Source: Bacteroidales bacterium
GTDB taxonomy: Bacteria > Bacteroidota > Bacteroidia > Bacteroidales > P3
DNA length: 64,000 nucleotides
Direction of reading: 5' to 3'
NCBI GenBank assembly: GCA_024400565.1
Contig: JAKSMQ010000005.1
Location: forward strand, 651-64,650
The notes beneath the pieces were generated by a model, which made no database searches, had not been told where the DNA came from, and was given only the letters and a program-made list of their open reading frames with translations. A program made the position numbers and the translations under genes. The stretch's first letter is position 1; every line of letters begins with the position of its first letter. Shown here piece after piece: positions 1 through 9,184 of the stretch.

Positions 1-1104
1 CAGCTCGTCGACGATACCATGATAACGGCAGGCATCCTCCATGTCAACCTGTCTCCCGACGACTATACCGACGACGTCATCTCCTCAACCCGGCAGGGTC
101 TCTTCCAGAACCTCCTGTCTTCCTATGGTCCCTATAGCGGCAATATCGTCCGTGAGCATATCCATTTCCGTTTCACCTATCTCAACGATAGGGGAGAGAC
201 ACTCATCAATATCCTCATAGAGCCCAGCGAGTGGGAATCCGCCTACGACCTGTCCGATTCCGTATGGATGGACACATCAGACGTCAATACCTTTCCCCCC
301 GTTACCGTCCTTGGAGTCTATAACATGCTCCTCCGTGACCTCGGCGACGACTCCATTGCCGCCGATCAGAACACGTCACTCATCCGCCAGGCCATTTCCT
401 ATTATGTCGACACAATCTTTCGTCCCACCCTTGCCGAAGATCCTTCCTCCTTGGGCCGAATCAGTCAGGACGGCCTTGCCGATATCTATGTCCGCGACAC
501 CATCATATGTCTCGTTTCCGTACTCTCCAACAAGATGTCCGCCGAGATGTCAGTCCTCGACAGCAACTATACCATCGTCCTCAACCAGCTCCTTCTTCGC
601 AAATTATTCCAGTATTCCGACCTCCTCGAGGCAGCCGTAACGGGGCGCTGTTCCATGGAGATAACCCTGGTCGATGCCAACGGAGCCCCCTTGTCCCATC
701 GTTTCTTCCCTACCCAGGAGCTGAATCTCCAGCTCGAGAGCCTCTCTGCCGAGCAGGATTCCACCCCCTTCCTCACCTCCTTTAGAGTCGAGCTGGACGG
801 TATGCGCAGCAATCTTCCCTTCTCCCTTGCCCCCGGTCTGGACCTTGTCGAATGCTATGTCTCCGACACCAATGCCGTCTACCATATCTCCTGTAGCGGC
901 GATGCCCTCAAGGAGTTGAGCTCCCTGAATCCTTCCGATAGAGAGTTTCTTCGCTTCCGCCAGATACAACAGCTCAAGACCCTCCTGGAGGCCGAGATAG
1001 AACAGGCCGTCAGCGAGCATGTATCCTTCCTCTACATCTATCTCAATCCCAAGAATAAAGAGCTCTTCCGCATCCTTATCTCCGCCGAGGATCTCCTCAA
1101 CTGA
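1..1104 (+). CDS. hypothetical protein, N-terminus probably beyond the window edge
   Basis: Long frame-1 ORF. There is no stop between nt 1 and the first ATG at 19, so it likely continues upstream. No family recognised. Composition matches the radical SAM gene that starts 35 nt downstream. Confidence 0.5.
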   Translation, partial: QLVDDTMITAGILHVNLSPDDYTDDVISSTRQGLFQNLLSSYGPYSGNIVREHIHFRFTYLNDRGETLINILIEPSEWESAYDLSDSVWMDTSDVNTFPPVTVLGVYNMLLRDLGDDSIAADQNTSLIRQAISYYVDTIFRPTLAEDPSSLGRISQDGLADIYVRDTIICLVSVLSNKMSAEMSVLDSNYTIVLNQLLLRKLFQYSDLLEAAVTGRCSMEITLVDANGAPLSHRFFPTQELNLQLESLSAEQDSTPFLTSFRVELDGMRSNLPFSLAPGLDLVECYVSDTNAVYHISCSGDALKELSSLNPSDREFLRFRQIQQLKTLLEAEIEQAVSEHVSFLYIYLNPKNKELFRILISAEDLLN

Positions 1105-1139
1105 TACGCAAACCCCATCATCCTGTCCCGTTTTCCGCT

Positions 1140-2921
1140 ATGAAGTTTCTGCTCCTTACCCCGCCTCTCACCCAGCTCAATACGCCCTATCCCGCCACAA
1201 CGGTATTGAAAGGCTTCCTCGAGTCCAATGGCCATCCTGCCGACCAGGCCGATCTGGGCATCGAACTCGTATCCCATATCCTTACAAGTCAGTTCCTTCG
1301 TCAATTGTTTGGCTCTGAGCTTACCTCCTGGCAGCAGCAGACCCTGACCGCCATCGACGTAGTGATGCGATTCTTAAGGGGCGAAGATAATACTCTGGCG
1401 CCGCGTATCGTCAACCGCAGTCTTCTGCCCGAAGGTCGGCGTTTCGACAGCCTTGCCGATATGGAGTGGGCGTTCGGAACCTCGGGAACCGAAGATAAGG
1501 CACGCTACCTCGCCACCCTTTTCATCGAAGATGTTGCCGACTATATCAGAGAAAACGTCGATTCCCATTTCGACCTCATTCGCTATGCCGAGCAGATAGC
1601 CAGCTATGCGCCAACTTTCGACGAGATAGAGCTCCATCTCAAAGCCCCGGCAACGGTTATCGACGAGTTGCTTATTTCCCTTCTGGACAGTCATCTGCAG
1701 CAGTCTGAACCCGACATAGTGTGTCTTTCCATTCCCTTCCCCGGCTGTCTCTACGGAGCCTTGCGTTGTGGCCAGTATATCAAATCGAGATATCCGTCCG
1801 TTCATATCAATCTCGGAGGAGGGTTCCCCAATACCGAATGGCGTAGCCTTACCGACGGCCGTATCTTTGATTATTGCGACACAATCTCTCTCGACGACGG
1901 CGAAACGCCACTATTGCGCCTGGCCAACAAAGAGCCTTTGGTGCGCACCTTTATCCGTAACGACAGCCACGAAGTAGTGTTTGTTGACCATCCTGCCGAG
2001 CCGCTCCTCAACACCACGACCCCCTCTTTCGAAGGCCTGCCCCTTCATCTTTATATCTCCCTTGCCGAGATGACCAATCCCATGCATCGTCTCTGGAGCA
2101 ACGGCCGGTGGAACAAGCTCATGATGGCCCACGGGTGTTACTGGCATCGTTGTGCCTTCTGCGATACCTCGCTCGACTACATAGGCCGCTATGCTGCCCC
2201 CACAGCCACACAGGTGGTCGACCATATGGAACGTATCGCTGCGCAGACCGGCAACACAGGTTTCCATTTCGTCGACGAGGCATTACCTCCCAAGCTGTTG
2301 CGCGAGGTGTGCGAAGAGATCCTGCGTCGAGGCGATGTCTTTACCTTCTGGGGCAATATCCGTTTCGAGAAGGCCTACACCCAGGAGCTCTGCGACCTGA
2401 TGGCCGATGCCGGCTGTGTAGCCGTCAGCGGAGGACTCGAGGTGGCTTCCAACCGCCTGCTCAAGCTCATCGACAAGGGTGTCACCATCGAGCAGACCGT
2501 CAACGCCTGTCGCCATTTCAAGCAGAGCGGCATCATGGTGCATACCTATCTCATGTATGGATTCCCCACCGAGACCCTCCAGGAATCCGTCAATGCCCTC
2601 GAGGTAGTACGCCGAATGTTCGACGAAGGCATCGTCCAGAGTGCCTTCTGGCATCGCTATGCCATGACGTGCCATTCCCCTTCGGGCCGCAATCCCGAAC
2701 GCTATGGAGCCCGTCGTGTCGAGGCAGCCCCCCATCCCTTCTGCAACAACGAGGTCGACTGGATGCCCCTCGAAGGACAGACAGACTCACAGTTCGACTA
2801 CGATATCGAAGCCGTAGGCGAAGCATTGCGCTTTGCGACCTACAATTATATGAACGAGATAGGACTCGATATGCCCCTCCGCCGCTGGTTCACCATCAAG
2901 GTCCCCAAGCCCACGGTCTAA
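1140..2921 (+). CDS. B12-binding-domain radical SAM protein
   Basis: The N-terminus MKFLLLTPPLTQLNTPYPATTVLKGFLESNGH is typical of the cobalamin-binding module of class B radical SAM enzymes. A Cys cluster GCYWHRCAFCD lies mid-protein. 593-aa ORF with an ATG start. Confidence 0.7.
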   Translation: MKFLLLTPPLTQLNTPYPATTVLKGFLESNGHPADQADLGIELVSHILTSQFLRQLFGSELTSWQQQTLTAIDVVMRFLRGEDNTLAPRIVNRSLLPEGRRFDSLADMEWAFGTSGTEDKARYLATLFIEDVADYIRENVDSHFDLIRYAEQIASYAPTFDEIELHLKAPATVIDELLISLLDSHLQQSEPDIVCLSIPFPGCLYGALRCGQYIKSRYPSVHINLGGGFPNTEWRSLTDGRIFDYCDTISLDDGETPLLRLANKEPLVRTFIRNDSHEVVFVDHPAEPLLNTTTPSFEGLPLHLYISLAEMTNPMHRLWSNGRWNKLMMAHGCYWHRCAFCDTSLDYIGRYAAPTATQVVDHMERIAAQTGNTGFHFVDEALPPKLLREVCEEILRRGDVFTFWGNIRFEKAYTQELCDLMADAGCVAVSGGLEVASNRLLKLIDKGVTIEQTVNACRHFKQSGIMVHTYLMYGFPTETLQESVNALEVVRRMFDEGIVQSAFWHRYAMTCHSPSGRNPERYGARRVEAAPHPFCNNEVDWMPLEGQTDSQFDYDIEAVGEALRFATYNYMNEIGLDMPLRRWFTIKVPKPTV

Positions 2922-3129
2922 CCCCCAGCCATAGGGTAGGGGACTATCCTCCATGCAACCGGTCTGCTCTGCCAGGGGTAGAAAAGATAAGTTTTTGATA
3001 TTTCTTCCTCCAGAGAGGAATGGTTTAGGCATCACGAAGCACATGTTTACGCCTGATGTGGTTAGTATTAATTAGAAAAGGCGACAGCAATAAAAGCATT
3101 TGTGTGATTTGCAATTGCATGCTCAACTT

Positions 3130-3411
3130 CTAATGCTCTATTGTCTGACCGAATTCTGACGTTGAATTCGTGTCATACAATTTCATCATATTGTAGAGTG
3201 AACGTTTGCTGTAGCCTCTGCGTTTAGGATTATGTCGCTTCAGGTAATCAGCCAATTCACTCACCACATAATCACCCCATTGAGTGTTCTTCAATCGGTC
3301 GGAGATGTAACTACCCACCTCCCCATACGTTTGTAATGTCTTAGCATTCACCTTGGCAATAGCAGTATTGGTGAGTGAGTTAACGTAAGCGAACTCTTGT
3401 TCGTGTTGCAC
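3130..3411 (-). pseudogene. DUF1016/YhcG-family N-terminal fragment (truncated PD-(D/E)xK nuclease-family gene remnant)
   Basis: The 93-aa ORF starts at GTG. The sequence (YGEVGSYISDRL...VSELADYLKRHNPKRRGYSKRSLYNMMKLYD) resembles only the N-terminal helical domain of YhcG-like proteins. The C-terminal nuclease domain is absent. Confidence 0.45.
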
Positions 3412-3500
3412 TTGTAACTAGGATTTAGGCTTTCTTTAGCCGAAAAAAAATATTTTTCCTCGTGCTATTCTTTCTCAAAAGTTGCATTTCTTATTGGAAC

Positions 3501-3962
3501 TTAGGGTAAATTTAGTGAAATATTTTCAAACGACATAGTCCAGTCTTGGCCATCAGTTTCATTAATGTCAGGCAGAAGGTAATCTTCTTTTTCGGGCAGC
3601 TCGGCCAATATAGCCTCGTCCGAAATCTGTAATTTCGCACGAATTCTCTTAAAAAAACTAATCTCGGAATATTCGATATTGTTATCCGCCTCTATTGTAT
3701 CAATGGCCAACTTGACAATTTGTAATTCTGCATGTTCAGAAAGTTGAGCAGCTGAAAGTTCTTTCAGGAATGAAGTTAGAAATTCATTTCCATCTCGTTG
3801 AATGTCTTCCACATATTCGCTAAGTTTGGACGAGATATCCAAGCCTTCAAATACAGCCTGATTTGTTGCAACACTCTTTACTAAGGCCAATTCCTCGTTG
3901 GCGATTTCGCCGTCGCATGCCATGCAGCAAAAGACGGTTTTCAAGAACAGTTCATTATTCAT
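3501..3962 (-). CDS. TerB-like (tellurite-resistance TerB fold) protein, last gene of the Hsp70 operon
   Basis: 153 aa. FCCMACDGEIANEELALVKSV plus a second half LAIDTIEADNNIEYSEISFFKRI fit the two-repeat TerB pattern (A-x-A/C-D-G-x-I-x-x-x-E). The ATG lies 5 nt after the stop of the kinase-AAA gene. Confidence 0.65.
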   Translation of the reverse strand: MNNELFLKTVFCCMACDGEIANEELALVKSVATNQAVFEGLDISSKLSEYVEDIQRDGNEFLTSFLKELSAAQLSEHAELQIVKLAIDTIEADNNIEYSEISFFKRIRAKLQISDEAILAELPEKEDYLLPDINETDGQDWTMSFENISLNLP

Positions 3963-3967
3963 AGTTG

Positions 3968-5746
3968 TTATCTTTTAAATCCAATTGGTTTGCGTTGAGT
4001 AATAGTTTGGTCGGTTTGTTCAATTTCGTTCCGAATAGACTCAAATTTCTTTAACTCTTCGAAAGGTATTGATGGCTTGTTTTTTGATATTGTCTGCAGT
4101 AGCAAGTCCATAGTTATCTTCTCGTCTTTTTCAAAAGCAATTCTAGCGGCCTCATCAACGATGAAATTCATATCGGCAGAGACATAGTTGTCCGTTTTCT
4201 CGGCCAACAAATCATAATCTATACCGAAATCTGTATATCGGTCCCTTAGTGCCAATTCAAAAAGAGCTTTACGTGCATTCTTGTCAGGAGGTCCGATATA
4301 GAACTTCTTTTCCAATCTACCGGAACCCAACATGGCCGGATCTATCATATTAGGATAATTGGTTGCCCCAATAACGAAAACCCCTTTCTCTCCAGTCCTG
4401 TCCATTTGTGCCAACATTTCATTCACAGCACTTTTTGACATTTCGTGGGAATCACTTGATCTATTGGGCAATAATTCATTTATTTCATCTATAAAGATTA
4501 TCGTTGGGGCATTCTCCTCGGCTTCTTTGAACATATTGGCTATGTTCTCTTGCGAAGCATTCACCCATTTACTTTTCAAATCAGCAGGGGTTTTCTGCAT
4601 GAAATTGAAGCCTACCTCCTCTGCCATCTTTTTAGCAAAGAAGGTCTTGCCACAACGTGGAGGACCATAGAGCAACATACCATTGGGCAAAGAAAGCCCG
4701 TAACGCTTCGACTTCTCTGGGTCCTTAATGATTCTGATAATATCCCTTGTTATCAAGTCTTTCAACTCCTGCATACCAGCCACATCAGCAAACCCATTTC
4801 CTTGAGGAATATTCACATTGCTACCTTTAGAAGATTCCTCCTTGTCAATTGGATGAGATGTTGCAATAGGTGACACTTTTATTTCACCCTTTAATGCCTT
4901 GGCAAATTCATCGGCAGACTGGAATCTGTCATCTGGATTATAGGCGAGTGCTTTGGCCATGATGTTTATCAGCTGTTCATCCAGTCCGGACTTTTCTCTG
5001 TCCAAGATTCGCAATGGTCGCTTTCGCTCATTATTGATAGTCTCTACCATAGCCAGCCTATCTCCTTTAAGTTTCGACAGATTGGTATAATATGGAGGTA
5101 GACCAAACAGTAGTTGATACAGCATAGCTCCAACAGAAAAGATGTCACTTTGTGGCGAAAACAAACCATTGAATGCTTCTGGTGCTTGGCAAAATAGGTC
5201 GAGACCATCTTTCTGAAACGAACGATGGTCTTGACTCATAAACCGGGCATAGCCAAAGTCAATGATGATTGGCTTGGCCATTCCTTTTGACATATCAAGC
5301 ATCACATTCTGCGTTGTCAGCTCATTATGAATAATTGGATTCGGCAAAGAATGAAGATACTTCAAACCGTCCAACACACCTAGCACAATTTGTTTGGCAT
5401 CAAACACAGTGCAGTCATTATCTCGTGTTGTTTTCTGCGCTGCGGTTTCGCCACTAATGAAGTCATACACCACATACAACATTCTTTTCCCATCTACCAA
5501 CATTTCACCACTATCTCGATAGTGAAGAACATTGGGATGATTCAGTTGCTCCGACACCTTCAACTCCAAACAATCACCATTCTCATCAAATTGTGTAGGA
5601 TGCAGTTTGTTGTAGGCAATCAACTTCAAGAAACAATTCTTGCCGCAAGGATCTTTAACGCGGTAAGTCTCAGCGTAAGTTCCTTGCTTTATTGGGAAGG
5701 CAACTGTGTATGAAGCAATCTCTTGATTCTTTTGTAGACTATACAT
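3968..5746 (-). CDS. Ser/Thr protein-kinase-like domain fused to a classic-clade AAA+ ATPase
   Basis: The N-terminal half has Hanks-kinase landmarks: FLKLIAY (Lys), IIHNELTTQNVML (catalytic loop, HNE in place of HRD), IIDFGYA (DFG), QAPEAF (APE) and SDIFSVGAMLYQLLFGLPPY. The C-terminal half has Walker A LLYGPPRCGKT, Walker B IIFIDEINEL, sensor-1 VIGATNYP and the second region of homology DPAMLGSGRLEKKFYIGPPD. Confidence 0.8.
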   Translation of the reverse strand: MYSLQKNQEIASYTVAFPIKQGTYAETYRVKDPCGKNCFLKLIAYNKLHPTQFDENGDCLELKVSEQLNHPNVLHYRDSGEMLVDGKRMLYVVYDFISGETAAQKTTRDNDCTVFDAKQIVLGVLDGLKYLHSLPNPIIHNELTTQNVMLDMSKGMAKPIIIDFGYARFMSQDHRSFQKDGLDLFCQAPEAFNGLFSPQSDIFSVGAMLYQLLFGLPPYYTNLSKLKGDRLAMVETINNERKRPLRILDREKSGLDEQLINIMAKALAYNPDDRFQSADEFAKALKGEIKVSPIATSHPIDKEESSKGSNVNIPQGNGFADVAGMQELKDLITRDIIRIIKDPEKSKRYGLSLPNGMLLYGPPRCGKTFFAKKMAEEVGFNFMQKTPADLKSKWVNASQENIANMFKEAEENAPTIIFIDEINELLPNRSSDSHEMSKSAVNEMLAQMDRTGEKGVFVIGATNYPNMIDPAMLGSGRLEKKFYIGPPDKNARKALFELALRDRYTDFGIDYDLLAEKTDNYVSADMNFIVDEAARIAFEKDEKITMDLLLQTISKNKPSIPFEELKKFESIRNEIEQTDQTITQRKPIGFKR

Positions 5747-5760
5747 AGCAGAGTGACAAA

Positions 5761-8304
5761 TTACAGGTAGTGAAACTTAGATTTTTGGATTTTCGTCTTT
5801 TCGTCTTCAGGTACATCTAGCAGGTCGATGACTCGTGCACACACCTGGCGGATAGATTCGGGGTCGGCATTATCATTGATCATCTGCTGAGCCTGATTGA
5901 GTAACTGTCTAGCCGTGGCAGCATCAGTCCATTTGTATCGACCAAAGTTATTATTATAGTGTTCTACAAAGGCAACTAGCTGATAAATAATTGTGACTTG
6001 GAAAAAGAGATGACCCATATCTCGCAGAACCTCTCTGCCCAATTTGGGATCTTTCTTTCGCACAGCCTCGTCAACTTGGCGGTGCATTTCGCGAACTTCA
6101 TTGTCGTATTCATTCCCCAAATCATTATTTGCAGTTTCCAGTCGCTCATATTCACTTCTGAGTTCGGCTTCTATCGATTCCCATTCGTGCATTTTCTCCA
6201 CCTCTTCCATTTTGCGGAAAGCTGTGCGAAGGTCTTTCATCAAATGGTCTTTGCCATCATCCTGTGATTTCTCACCTTCAAAACGACCAGAAACATCAGA
6301 TAGAATCTTTTCCACCTCCAATAGCTCGCTCTGCGGGATAGCCTTGCTGGATTTCAACGAACGCAATCTTCTATTAGCGTCCTGCATTCGCTGGGATAGA
6401 AGTTCTTCAGATACAGCCTGTTTGACGGAAATGGTCACTTCTTTCTCAACGGTTTCGCCACATGACACAAAGAACACCTCTAAATTGTAGTTCTGAGAGC
6501 TGTCCACCTTTAATGTCACATCAATATCGCTACCTTCTGGAATCAACATTGGCACATCATCGCCAGTAATCACAACATCATAGACATGATTGTTGTGGAT
6601 TGCGCTTGAGCCCTCAGCGCTATATTCGCCTTGATAGATGGGAATAACCATTCTATCCTGCTCCATACCAGGGCGTAAATTCTTGGGTACTTTCAATCCA
6701 TTACGGACACCTGTAGCTGGCAATTGCTGGTTTTTTTCCAAACCCTTCATCTGGACAAACACATCTCTATCTAAATCTGTATCACGAACCTCAATTCCAA
6801 TATGGTAAGGCAAGGTGGCATTGCCTACTTTCGTGCCTTGAATAATCGTTATTTCATTAGGAAAACACTGGATGGAATTACCTGTTCCGTCATATCCCTT
6901 TATAGCAAAAGCATTGGCTCTGCCTTCGTTAAGTCGACATTCTATAACATCGCCAATCTCATTCACCTCTACTTTGCCGCTGGACCAGCCCTTGTCGCTC
7001 CTTACCAGTTCTACAAATAGTTGCGACGGCATTGTGCCGACACACTCATTCGGCAATAGTTTTACTGTGACAAACTCCAAGGATTCCACACTATTGGCTT
7101 CATACTGGATATCAAGTGCCATAACCGAAGATATAGTATCAGTAGCACTAATAACTGGGCCTTCGGTATCAATACTCTGTGTAGCTGCAAATAATGCGGC
7201 GCCCTTGGCCACTGCCGTCATGGGGTCGATGCTGGTGTCCACGTTTGGCGTCACCTGGTCTTTCAGCATTTGGCGCAAAACAGGCGAGAAAGTCGGACCA
7301 CCAACTAGTATCAAACTATCCAACTTGCTGCCCGACAAATTGTTTCGCCTCAACAATTCAAGACACTTGTCAATTGCCTTCTGGAAGATAGGGGCTACAA
7401 CCTTGGCAATCTCCTCTTGCGAAATCACCATATCCAACTCGATAGCCTCACCCTCATCATCCTCGCCAAACTCGTCAATCTGAGACATGATATCGCATTG
7501 GGGTTTGAAGGAAAGCTGATTCTTGGCCTGCTCGGCATAATACTTCATGGCATCGCGCAAAATCTCACGTTTACGACTATCAGCCATTATATCATCTATG
7601 GTATAGTTGTCTTTCAAATAAGGAATGATTATCTGATCGACTATGGAATAGTCAAGGTTCTTGCCACCCAGATAGTTGTCGCCTTCAGTGTCAATCACCT
7701 TCATGATGCCATCTTCCACTTTCAATAGGGCTGCGTCGAAAGTACCGCCACCAAAGTCGAACACCATCCAATATCCGTCTTTCTTGTCTGTGCTCAAGCC
7801 GTATGCCATCGAAGCCGCAATGGGTTCTTGCAACAATTCGCAGTACTCAATACCCGCCATAGTAGCAGCACGTTTGGTGGCAGCAATCTGAGTGGCATCA
7901 AACATAGCAGGAATAGTAATAACAGCTGTATTGATGGTGTCGTCTGTAACAAACGACTTCAAAGTTTTAAGGACTTCTGAAGACAGGTCTTCTGACGAAT
8001 AGCTTCTGTCCATATTAGAACTATGGTATTGGGTGGCCAAACCCATAGTACGCTTAAACTCAATGAAAACATTTGTGGCCTCATTTGTCCATTTTTTTGT
8101 ACTTCGACTTCTGTCTGTTCTTAAGTCATTATATGCACCATCTCCGACTTTGACAATTTTCCTTTTTGAAAAGGAAACACAAGAGGGAAGAGTATCTTTT
8201 AAGGTGTCAGTTTTCTTAATAATGGGTTCTCCATTTTCCATCTTGCAGATGGCGGAATTGGTTGTACCCAAATCAATTCCGTATTTCATCTTTATTTGAG
8301 CCAT
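5761..8304 (-). CDS. divergent Hsp70/DnaK-family ATPase (847 aa) with extra inserted domain and long helical tail
   Basis: NBD motifs are GIDLGTTNS, VITIPAMF, LLQEPIAASMAYG, DFGGGTFD, DNYLGGKNLD, LILVGGPTFSPVLRQ and DPMTAVAKGAALFA. An SBD-beta-like segment follows (LPYHIGIEV...IPIYQGE...VVITGDDVP...IDVTLKVD), then about 220 aa of charged helical sequence. An alternative ATG lies at 8289. Confidence 0.85.
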   Translation of the reverse strand: MAQIKMKYGIDLGTTNSAICKMENGEPIIKKTDTLKDTLPSCVSFSKRKIVKVGDGAYNDLRTDRSRSTKKWTNEATNVFIEFKRTMGLATQYHSSNMDRSYSSEDLSSEVLKTLKSFVTDDTINTAVITIPAMFDATQIAATKRAATMAGIEYCELLQEPIAASMAYGLSTDKKDGYWMVFDFGGGTFDAALLKVEDGIMKVIDTEGDNYLGGKNLDYSIVDQIIIPYLKDNYTIDDIMADSRKREILRDAMKYYAEQAKNQLSFKPQCDIMSQIDEFGEDDEGEAIELDMVISQEEIAKVVAPIFQKAIDKCLELLRRNNLSGSKLDSLILVGGPTFSPVLRQMLKDQVTPNVDTSIDPMTAVAKGAALFAATQSIDTEGPVISATDTISSVMALDIQYEANSVESLEFVTVKLLPNECVGTMPSQLFVELVRSDKGWSSGKVEVNEIGDVIECRLNEGRANAFAIKGYDGTGNSIQCFPNEITIIQGTKVGNATLPYHIGIEVRDTDLDRDVFVQMKGLEKNQQLPATGVRNGLKVPKNLRPGMEQDRMVIPIYQGEYSAEGSSAIHNNHVYDVVITGDDVPMLIPEGSDIDVTLKVDSSQNYNLEVFFVSCGETVEKEVTISVKQAVSEELLSQRMQDANRRLRSLKSSKAIPQSELLEVEKILSDVSGRFEGEKSQDDGKDHLMKDLRTAFRKMEEVEKMHEWESIEAELRSEYERLETANNDLGNEYDNEVREMHRQVDEAVRKKDPKLGREVLRDMGHLFFQVTIIYQLVAFVEHYNNNFGRYKWTDAATARQLLNQAQQMINDNADPESIRQVCARVIDLLDVPEDEKTKIQKSKFHYL

Positions 8305-8316
8305 ATTGAGAAGTGT

Positions 8317-9174
8317 TTAGTTTTGACTTACTGTGATTTGCGCAGATTGGATCATTACTCCGTTATAATTAATCTGCGGTTTTGTGATACCTGTGATGAT
8401 TTGCTGACCCGGTTCCAAGTTCTCGTCTTCAACAAAATTAGCAACAACTTTCATTCCTTCATGATAAGGCTTTCCAAGCATATCAACAATCTCATATCCA
8501 TTGGCCAGCAGGTTACTTTTCATCTGATCAATTGATTTGGACAGTTGTTTATAACCTTTTACAGTTTTATCCATACGGTATAACGTGACTTCCATAAAAG
8601 CAATTCTGTCAGCAAGAGTCTTGATAAGGTCTGTCATGTCTTCAGACGACACATTACTTGAAGGAGCCGATGCTGCGGTGGCTATCTTCTGCAACTCTGA
8701 TAGTTCTGTATTCAGCTTTGTTACAACTTGTTCATTCAACTTATCGGCTTTCTCTTTGAGTTCGGTAATCTCATTTGTTCCATAGAGGATTCGTTTGCGC
8801 AAAACCACAAAGACTACAACAACCATAACCAATAGTGCCGCAATCAGAATAGCACCCAATATACTTTTGGATTTAATATTCTGTTCGTTGCTTGATACGG
8901 CAGTTTCAGTTGTTTTGATTTTCACACCTAAAGAATCAGCAATGACCTTTACATTGCTTGCATTCTTTTGAATGGCTTCATCTTGTTTGAGGTTAGCACT
9001 CAAAAGGTTGGCATTAGCGGAAGCAAGCGAATCATACTGTGTCTTCAAAGATTGCATTTGGAGCTCCAACGAGACCACCCTCTTATTCAACATAGATAAA
9101 CTATCTTGCTGAGCATAACTGATGAAAGTTATGGCAAGAAATAAGAATGGTAAAAATAATTTAATAAGTTTCAT
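8317..9174 (-). CDS. bitopic membrane protein with coiled coils and C-terminal GrpE-like domain
   Basis: The ATG at 9174 gives a signal-like N-terminus MKLIKLFLPFLFLAITFISYAQQ; the track start at 9222 is TTG. One internal TM is ILGAILIAALLVMVVVVFVVLRKR. The C-terminus NGYEIVDMLGKPYHEGMKVVANFVEDENLEPGQQIITGITKPQINYNGVMIQSAQITV follows the GrpE beta-domain pattern (compare E. coli [55 protein letters not shown]). Confidence 0.6.
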   Translation of the reverse strand: MKLIKLFLPFLFLAITFISYAQQDSLSMLNKRVVSLELQMQSLKTQYDSLASANANLLSANLKQDEAIQKNASNVKVIADSLGVKIKTTETAVSSNEQNIKSKSILGAILIAALLVMVVVVFVVLRKRILYGTNEITELKEKADKLNEQVVTKLNTELSELQKIATAASAPSSNVSSEDMTDLIKTLADRIAFMEVTLYRMDKTVKGYKQLSKSIDQMKSNLLANGYEIVDMLGKPYHEGMKVVANFVEDENLEPGQQIITGITKPQINYNGVMIQSAQITVSQN

Positions 9175-9184
9175 ATCGATTATT

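Noticed and set aside
2108-2998. 296-aa Arg/Pro-rich ORF in an alternative frame of the radical SAM gene. Similar alternative-frame ORFs lie inside the first gene (311-640, 507-785, 604-1020).
   Set aside because: These are alternative frames of well-supported genes. Their extreme Arg/Pro/Ser composition is typical of out-of-frame GC-rich translation.
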